64,000 nt of DNA, from the NCBI RefSeq assembly GCF_964355755.1, contig NC_092673.1, positions 25,045,648 to 25,109,647 on the forward strand, written 5' to 3'. Source of the stretch: Antedon mediterranea. Its lineage: Eukaryota > Animalia > Echinodermata. Below are positions 1 through 9,300 of the stretch, one piece after another. How positions within the stretch are numbered: position 1 is the first letter of the stretch; every line of letters starts with the position of its first letter. The position numbers were made by a program, and so were the translations under genes. The notes beneath the pieces are model-generated. The model was not told the origin of the DNA. It saw only the letters and a program-made list of their open reading frames with translations, and did not search any database.

Positions 1-338
1 AAGATTTACCAAATAGTATCTTTAGTAATTTAGCTGTAAGCTAATAATTTAGCTATTACATTTGTAAGAGCTTTATCACCCCTGTAAAAATGTCTACTAG
101 TAGCAGGCCTTGTCTTTTAAGGTGAGCGTGATCACTCACTTAACACACTCCAAACAAACAGCACACCTGCAGCATCCCTGAATGTATTGAGGAGTGCAAT
201 TTGTAGTACACACTATCATTTTCAAAAGACAAGGCCTGAGTTACTAGGTTTAAAACATTCTGTGAAAATGGCCAGAAACAAACCCAGTACCGTTATCTAT
301 TAGAATAACAAAGATGAGTAATTATAAGCAAAGCTTAC

Positions 339-458
339 AAGTTTTTGGCAGCACCAAATCCACCCGGGAAGATGACCGCATCGTGATTATTAACGTCAAG
401 TGTCGACAAAGCAGCAATCTTTCCACGTGCAATTCTTGCCGATTCCACCAAAACATTC
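339..458 (-). CDS. GATD3: GATD3/ES1 (DJ-1/PfpI superfamily) coding exon 4; gene continues beyond window start
   Basis: Translates (R)[40 protein letters not shown], the ES1/ElbB signature. AG at 460-459, GTAAG donor from 338; phase matches exon 3. Confidence 0.93.
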
Positions 459-1019
459 CTGAAACAAAATATAGATGTATTTTTGTTGTATAATAATTAA
501 TAAATCCATCAATGTTGATATAAAGCTTGCGGTACACCATGTGTATTAGTTCTGATAAGAACTGTTGAGTTTCTCTCTAAATTCATCAAATAACCTGTTG
601 TAATGTCAAATGGCGTTTTGGTTTAGATAAACAGCATTTAGTCACACATTCAATGCAAGATGAACTCAAAACAAGATACAGTAGAACCTCTATTAAAGAG
701 ACACTTTTGCTAACCCAACAAGATGTCCCTTAATAAGGTTTCTCCTGAATAAGGTTTCTCCTGAATAGAGATTTGCCATAATTTTAAACAACATATTGCC
801 TCTTGTTCGTTTCATAAGCAGTGTCCTCTGAATAGGGGTGTTCCACTGAAGAGGTTGTACAGTGCATTAGTTTGTTTAAGCCTAATATAAATGAATATTA
901 AAAATAAAAATTATGTGTTGTTGTTGGCTCTCTACTTAATTGTGTATCATTCATAACAATTGTTGTTCGTAGCATTATCGCCTCCTTTTGGGGTTGTCGT
1001 GTAAAAAAACTGTACTAAC

Positions 1020-1130
1020 CTGGTCTCTTTGGTAGGCTCTCCCTTAGTATGGTCAATCACATGCATCTGTTGCTTGTCAGGGGCGAACATAGCAACATTG
1101 GCATCACTCCTGCTGAGATGAACCAGCACT
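1020..1130 (-). CDS. GATD3: GATD3/ES1 coding exon 3
   Basis: (A)[37 protein letters not shown]; 111 bp, AG/GT flanks, phase 2 at both ends. Confidence 0.93.
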
Positions 1131-1625
1131 CTATGTAAAGAAATGTATGAAGCGTTATACAGTAATATTGTTTATCATCATTGCAAGAGAAAGCGTTTGT
1201 TCATTCCAATTTTTGCTAATAATGCCCTCAAAATATCAAGAAATTCTAATTATTGGTATGTAAACTGGGAAATGTACAGTAGCTACTTATAAATGATGAA
1301 CCAAGTAATGTTATACCCTTACAATTTATAATACAGGCCAGTATATAATATGTGAGAATACAGTATGCATTGCATAATATATATAATCTCTTTATTTCCA
1401 AAAATACTGACCAATTTACATCTCTTGGCCAAATTGGCAAAATTGTAAAAAACACGTCAAAAATATTGCCTAAAGAAGTGTAACTGTAAGAATTAAAACA
1501 AACAATAAACAAAAGAAACAGTCAAAGGAGCAGTGGAAAGTCAGCATGGAAGGTAAAAAGTACTGTAGTTGATTTTGCACCTTGGCCTATTACAACCCAC
1601 CACAAAGAGAATAAAAACCACATAC

Positions 1626-1678
1626 GCAGACGCTTCATGGACTTCAGTTCCATCGTAGACACCTGATCCCGAGAAAAC
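1626..1678 (-). CDS. GATD3: GATD3/ES1 coding exon 2
   Basis: VFSGSGVYDGTEVHEAS(A), matching the conserved SGxGVYDGxExHE motif; 53 bp, TAG acceptor and GTATG donor. Confidence 0.92.
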
Positions 1679-1974
1679 CTATTTGGATAAAATAGCTGAG
1701 TTAAGGAATTAATAGCTCCTATGTATGTACTGTATAAAAACATTCATTACAAATCAGCAATATCTAAAACTAAATATAGTAATAATAATAGACCGTAGGC
1801 CTCGTCCTATTAAACCAATACTACATGTACAGTAGGAGGCTACTGTTACAGCAGTAAAAAAACACTAAACTGTAAACATAAAATAAAGATAGGCCTAGTC
1901 ACTACAAACTGTTAACTAGGTGGCTAGGCCCTAATCCTACATTACAAATGTTGGTGACTTTCAGAGTTACTTAA

Positions 1975-3550
1975 AGGGGGGTTCCGGGTTTAAAATGAAT
2001 AGTAAAAAATGTAAAATATATTTGTTTGTCTCTTGAACGGTAAAAGTTTCAATTTATATAAGCGCCCAGTGAAGCAGAACGAAGGCTGTGAAATCAGGCC
2101 AGATTACAAGTGCAGCTACGGCAAAATCACACTGTGGTTACAAAATAGGAAATTCGTGAAATGGTCCATCTTCCGACGACTCGTTATCATAAACCATATC
2201 AATTAATTTTGTAAAATTATACTTATCTGATGTAATTTTAGTCGGTCTTCCCATTTATAAAGTCAATTTTTTATGAGAATTCATCAAAACAGTGAAAAAT
2301 TAGATATGTTTGCACTTTACGTTTGCCGATTTTAGCACCGACTTAGGGAAAAATCAAAATCAATGAAGCGTAACGTATACTGTACATTCCTGCTGAGGAT
2401 CGAGCGAGACGACGATACACGTGCTCTCTCTGCTGCCCATGTCTGGCATCGTCACGTGATAAGCAGATACAACAATACCAAACTGGTCGGGTCGAGTATA
2501 CCCCGTCTATAATCACAACATGAACGATGTACAGTATTTGATTGAAGGTTGACTCGACCTACCGGAATGGTATAGATAATATAGCTCGAATGAGAGAGTT
2601 GGAATATTTGTGTATTGCAGCCTATAGTAAAAGGCCTGGTAGTATCAATTCGCATAGGGTCTACTACACTAGCTAGCTCAATTTTTAACTGGGCCGGATC
2701 GGCTAGGTCTCCTTCCTACTACCTGGTCTACTTGCTTGATGCATGAGTATCCGCTTTTTTGGAGAGTAAACTAAACCTATTTATTTTAGGCCTACTTAGA
2801 CGATCGGGACACCATACGTGTGGACGGCGATCGGACCTTGTTTTGCTTCAATATTTACAGCCGATTTTGTAGAATGTTTTAGGTTTAGATTGTTTAGGAG
2901 TTTGGTTGATAGGATGGGTTTTGTTATTTATGGGCCAATCGTCTAGTAGTAGGCTAGCTAGGCCCATGGGCCCCATTGTTTTAACGTAGCCATCGTGGCA
3001 TGGAATCCCTAGTCAGAATGGCTCTCGCCCATATTATTATTAGGCTAGGCCTAGAGTAGTATTGTACGTGAAGCCGATAATACGATCTGTACTACAGAGG
3101 TATAAAAATAGTATAATTTATGACTCCGTATCTGTACTAAATTTTGTATTTCATTAAATGTCAAATAAATATATGCTACTACTGTTATTATTACACTTTA
3201 GGCCTAGCTTAGAAAATCTACAAAAAATGTATTTCACAATGATCACAATGGTGGTCGTCGTTTGACAGGGGAGAGAGATGTAAATTAGTTGACAAACACA
3301 ACGTACATGACGTCGCGAGTTTGGAATCCACTGGTGACGTGATTTTGTGAATATCTCATGAATATTAATGAGCTTCCCTAAGCTGCTAAAAAACAGACTT
3401 TCCATGAATTTACCCTAAAATGTATATGAAATTTAATTTTTTTAATTTCTCGTTATTACTTCTTCATTCTGAAATGTCTATATTGTTATAATATTTTTTA
3501 TTTAATAAAGAAACGATATTTAAAAGCAATTTTAAACCCAGAATCCCCCT
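1975..3550. mobile_element. Non-autonomous TIR element (Kolobok-like) in GATD3 intron 1
   Basis: 22-bp TIRs AGGGGGGTTCCGGGTTTAAAAT / ATTTTAAACCCAGAATCCCCCT (2 mismatches) flanked by TTAA at 1971-1974 and 3551-3554. TTAA with RR termini fits Kolobok; no long ORF. Confidence 0.7.
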
Positions 3551-4025
3551 TTAAGGAGCCTAAGTGCTGTCCCATTGGAAAGTATATTAAGTGAAAAATA
3601 AAATGGTGTTTAAATAATCATATTTAGTATTCACTGAGCTATTGCAGCTTACAGTATAAATTGAGCTATTGCAGCTTACAGTATAAATTGTACTATGGTT
3701 CAATTTTTTTTTCTGTCATTTTTGATTTTGTATTCATCACCATATAATAAAATGTTGACAATGAATGGATGAAAATGATATAAACTAAATTTGATATCAT
3801 TGTAAAAAAACAATTCATTTTTGCATTGTGACAGATAGGATCGCTCAAATTTACATTATTATTATTATTATTAGCATCCCTACCTACTGTAGACTAAAGC
3901 AGGGCTGTGCGAACATTTTATGGACAGTATACATTAATAATTAACCCATTGAGGACACAGAATTGTTGACATTTTCGGTGATTTTACAATTTGATTTTGA
4001 CATGTTAAATTTTAGTTGCCTGACG

Positions 4026-4374
4026 AATTTTTTTGGTTGCCGTGGGACGTCGGGCAAGCGATTCTGCGAGCCCTGGTTGGACTACTAAAATTATATAAAA
4101 ATAACTGAATATTTCCTGAAATTGAGGATGAATATTTTGTTAAAGATATGTTTTCCTCCAAAAAAAATAACTTGTTTTGTGTTTTTAATGTCACATAAAA
4201 TTTTTTTGGTTGCCGTGGGACGTCGGGCAAGCGATTCTGCGAGAGCCCTGGTTGGACTACTAAAATTATATAAAAATAACTGAATATTTCCTGAAATTGA
4301 GGATGAATATTTTTTAAAAGATGTTTCCCTCCAAAAAAAATAACTTGTTTTGTGTTTTTAATGTCACAAAAAAA
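4026..4374. repeat. Two-copy tandem duplication, unit ~174 bp
   Basis: TTTTTTGGTTGCCGTGGGACGTCGGGCAAGCGATTCTGCGAG... occurs at ~4030 and ~4202 with near-identical continuations. Confidence 0.85.
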
Positions 4375-4828
4375 GTTATTTTCCATATTTTTAGGGGACA
4401 ATAAATCTCGTCTCAACAGTTCACTGGGTTTTTTGTTTTAAATGTTATTTTACTTCTAGAGTCCAGTCTTTTTAGCTGCATACGATGCAAAAACATTTCA
4501 TTTTGTTGTTCTTTTTTTCCAATTTCTCAACAAGATGACCTGCGACCCTTTCAAAATTTGGGCCACAGCCTTGATTTTGAATTTGGGAAACCTCAGTCTA
4601 CAGACATAATAGAGACTTCCTAGAGGCTAGGCCTAGACACGATGTTAGGCCTACTCTCTGGCTGCTATCTAACTAGGGCCGCCTAGCCTAGATAGACCTA
4701 CAATACAGGCTTGGCATTGTGGCTTGTTATCCGGTCCGTCGGAGAGCAATACCCGCCCGGTCATATTATTATTATTAATTATATGCCAATCCCTTTTTTT
4801 AAATGTTAATCAATTGTATTGGTCTTAC

Positions 4829-4942
4829 CACAGCGACTCTCGCCTTGCTATGGAGATCTCTTGATCCAGACATACTACAAGAACTGCTACGTAATATGTG
4901 TATATACAAAGGTTTTTTCCAAATTTGTAGGCGCGACAGCAT
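4829..4942 (-). CDS. GATD3: GATD3/ES1 coding exon 1 with probable mitochondrial presequence
   Basis: ATG at 4942; MLSRLQIWKKPLYIHILRSSSCSMSGSRDLHSKARVAV (38 codons, basic and Ser-rich); GTAAG donor, phase 0, joins VFSGSG of exon 2. Confidence 0.85.
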
Positions 4943-6012
4943 GTTACTCTTAGTAGGCCTAACCTTCTTTCACAGCAGTCAAAAACAGTGTGTGCTTCAA
5001 TAGGCTAAAACGCTCGAGAAAAAGTCAACTCGAGCGTGCTTTCAAATATATGAAACGCAATCAGTGCCTTATTATTAAGTTCTAAAGGTACACACAACCA
5101 AACTAGGTAGATACAAGAGTGATTACGCATAGTCTGACAAAGGTCATATAAACGGTTAGATGAATAAAACATTTTGGAGCAAAAATATTTTTTCTCTATT
5201 TCTGCTAAAAAAGTAAAAATAAAACACAGAAAAGCGGGTTTGTTAATAACAAAGATCACGGGTCATAAACTCTAGTTTGATGCAGCTTTCCTGCTTTATT
5301 GGAGTAAAATGATCCCGATCCAGATCACGTTGCAGCTAATTTTTTACTCAAAATAAAACCGGGTTTGGTTGGTGATTTTTTGTGTAATGACGTCATTATT
5401 ATCTACTGAAATTTAAAGATTCGATCAAATCAATTATTGTCTTATGCCAGAAAAAAACGTCTCTAACTATACAGGTTAAATCATCACCAATCCACCAATG
5501 CTTAAAGTTTACTTTTAAACAAATTGACCAAATTAAAGATTCATGAAAAAAAAAAATATTAATGAATATAAAAAAATTATTCATAAATCATATATTTAAA
5601 TTATTATTATTATATGCCTTATGTTAAAGGGTTGTTAAGTAGTACAGTTGGTATGATGTAGACAATTGAACTCAAATTGAGTTTATATTGATGGTTATAG
5701 TTAGTAGGTAATGTAACATCAACTATATTAGCAGTGCCATATGTCATACTATTAGCAAAGTTATTATACAACAAGTGGCACTTTTGGGTTAAAACTTAAC
5801 CTGACATTCCACTGGTAAACTAAAAAAAAAAATCGATAACAATGTTGGCCTTCTGAGCCTCTTCCGCAACGACCACCACCTTTCCCCATGGACCTGAGGG
5901 TGTCCGTTTAATATACAACTGTCCTATTCTCTGATGTATCATTAATTTATTCTTTTCGAATTAAAGCATTTTGTTCGTGTTTATAACAACTTAGGAAACA
6001 GTCTTCCATTGC

Positions 6013-6193
6013 CATATGGATGTTTAATAAACACTTTAGTTGATGGTACTACTTCAATAGAATGTTTAGGCTAGAATAAGACCAGGAAAAAACAAAAAAT
6101 TGTGCTCCGAATGCTATATAAACAGCGGCAAAAATGGGAACTGGAGTAGTTTGTGTTTTCAATATTATAGGAAGAGCGGCAATAGCAATCCAG
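6013..6193 (+). promoter_or_regulatory. Gene A promoter and non-coding exon 1
   Basis: CATATG 6013, TAAACAC ~6028, TATATAAA 6115-6122, CAG|GTAAGA donor at 6194; intron 6194-6370 ends in AAACAG four bases before the ATG. Confidence 0.75.
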
Positions 6194-6374
6194 GTAAGAA
6201 CAATTTGTTTTAGTTTTTATTTTAATCCATACAGGACTATATAAAGAAATACACGATATTATAATCATTTTACTTTAATAAATATTTATACTGTACACGT
6301 AATTTGTTGAAATATAATAATTATGATAAGGCCTACTATTGATAGTTTTTTTTAAATATATTTTAAACAGAATC

Positions 6375-9300
6375 ATGTCCTGGATTCGGATCGCCCTGTT
6401 TTCTATTTTAGTTGTATTAGCCGTAAGAGGCCAATCTGTGGAAAATGACCAAAATGACGTCAATTTGGTTTCTCGTCCTGACGTTAATTTGGAGAGAAAA
6501 TCCGACAGTAGACCTGATATCAGCTTGAGTGAAAAAGAGCAACCACTGGTTGCTTCTCCTCCTCTGAATATCATTGATTCTGAAGGAACTGACAAAGTAA
6601 GAGCTTGCTGTAGACGTCGCAGAGTACGTCGATGCAGACGATGTCGCCGCCGATGTCATCGGTGTAGAAGACGACGCTGTCGATGTAGAAGACGAGTAGT
6701 ACGCCGTCGATGTAGAAGACGAGTAGTACGCCGTCGATGTAGAAGACGAATAGTACGCCGTCGATGTAGAAGACGAGTAGTACGTCGCCGTCGATGTAGA
6801 AGACGAAGAGTGTGCTGCCGTTATCGACTGTTCCGACGACGAGGCGCCTACTATCTCCGTATACAATGCGGTAGGCGTGTTCGTGTAGTACGTGTAAGAT
6901 GCCGAAGACGTGGTGGAAGGTTTTATTATTACTTTGGTGGAAGATGGAGGTTAGCTGGAGGAGTACGAAGAATACGCTGCAGCTATCGTCTGTTTAGAAG
7001 AGGAAATGCATATTACCTCCGTATAAAATGCGGTAGGCGTGTTCGTGTAGTACGTGTAAGATGCCGAAGACGTGGTGCAAGGTTTTATTATTACTTTGGT
7101 GGAAGATGGAGGTTAGCTGGAAGATTTAGAGGACGCACTACATACAGAGTGTGTTGGAGAAACAACCGTTTCTACATTCGTATACAATGTGGTAGACGTG
7201 TCCGTTATGTCCGTGTAAACTACAGAAGACGTGGTGGTAGATTGTATTACTATTATGGTGGAAGATGGAGAATTATCACACGCTTCATAAGAAACGGAAA
7301 ATGGGTAAGCTGGCGCCACTTTAGAGTACGCATCACCTACAGAGTATGTTGGAGACACAACCGTTTCTACCTCCGGGTACAACGTGGTAGACGTGTCCGT
7401 TATGTCCGTGTAAACTACAGAAGACGTGGTGGTAGATTGTATTACTATTATGGTGGAAGATGGAGAATTATCACACGCTTCATAAGAAACGGAAAATGGG
7501 TAAGCTGGCGCCACTTTAGAGTACGCATCACCTACAGAGTATGTTGGAGACACAACCGTTTCTACCTCCGGGTACAACGTGGTAGACGTGTCCGTTATGT
7601 CCGTGTAAACTACAGAAGACGTGGTGGTAGATTGTATTACTATTATGGTGGAAGATGGAGAATTATCACCCGCTTCATAAGAAACGGAAGATGGGTAAGC
7701 TGGCGTCACTTTAGAGTACGCATCACCTACCGAGTATGTTGGAGACACAACCGTTTCTACCTCCGGGTACAACGTGGTAGACGTGTCCGTTATGTCCGTG
7801 TAAACTACAGAAGACGTGGTGGTAGATTGTATTACTATTATGGTGGAAGATGGAGAATTATCACCCGCTTCATAAGAAAAGGAAGATGGGTAAGCTGGCG
7901 CCACTTTAGAGTACGCATCACCTACAGAGTATGTTGGAGACACAACCGTTTCTACCTCCGGGTACAACGTGGTAGACGTGTCCGTTATGTCCGTGTAAAC
8001 TACAGAAGACGTGGTGGTAGATTGTATTACCATTATGGTGGAAGATGGAGAATTATCACCCGCTTCATAAGAAACGGAAAATGGGTAAGCTGGCGCCACT
8101 TTAGAGTACGCATCACCTACAGAGTATGTTGGAGACACAACCGTTTCTACCTTCGAGTACAACGTGGTAGACGTGTCCGTTATGTCCGTGTAAACTACAG
8201 AAGACGTGGTGGTAGATTGTATTACCATTATGGTGGAAGATGGAGAATTATCACCCGCTTCATAAGAAACGGAAAATGGGTAAGCTGGCGCCACTTTAGA
8301 GTACGCATCACCTACAGAGTATGTTGGAGACACAACCGTTTCTACCTTCGAGTACAACGTGGTAGACGTGTCCGTTATATCCGTGTAAACTACAGAAGAC
8401 GTGGTGGTAGATTGTATTACTATTATGGTGGAAGATGGAGAATTATCACCCGCTTTATAAGAAAAGGAAGATGGGTAAGCTGGCGTCACTTTAGAGTACG
8501 CATCACCTACAGAGTATGTTGGAGACACAACCGTTTCTACCTCCGGGTACAACGTGGTAGACGTGTCCGTTATGTCCGTGTAAACTACAGAAGACGTGGT
8601 GGTAGATTGTATTACTATTATGGTGGAAGATGGAGAATTATCACCCGCTTCATAAGAAAAGGAAGATGGGTAAGCTGGCGCCACTTTAGAGTACGCGTCA
8701 CCTACAGAGTATGTTGGAGACACAACCGTTTCTACCTCCGGGTACAACGTGGTAGACGTGTCCGTTATGTCCGTGTAAACTACAGAAGACGTGGTGGTAG
8801 ATTGTATTACTATTATGGTGGAAGATGGAGAATTATCACCCGCTTCATAAGAAAAGGAAGATGGGTAAGCTGGCGTCACTTTAGAGTACGCGTCACCTAC
8901 AGAGTATGTTGGAGACACAACCGTTTCTACCTCCGGGTACAACGTGGTAGACGTGTCCGTTATGTCCGTGTAAACTACAGAAGACGTGGTGGTAGATTGT
9001 ATTACTATTATGGTGGAAGATGGAGAATTATCACCCGCTTCATAAGAAAAGGAAGATGGGTAAACTGGCGCCACTTTAGAGTACGCATCACCTACAGAGT
9101 ATGTTGGAGACACAACCGTTTCTACCTTCGAGTACAACGTGGTAGACGTGTCCGTTATGTCCGTGTAAACTACAGAAGACGTGGTGGTAGATTGTATTAC
9201 TATTATGGAGGAAGATGGAGAATTATCACCCGCTTCATAAGAAAAGGAAGATGGGTAAGCTGGCGCCACTTTAGAGTACGCGTCACCTACAGAGTATGTT

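Noticed and set aside
6339-6374. Upstream starts given by the ORF track for A-E (also 15814, 19058, 38839, 53430)
   Set aside because: Non-ATG starts lying in intron sequence; the true ATG follows the conserved acceptor by 4 nt.
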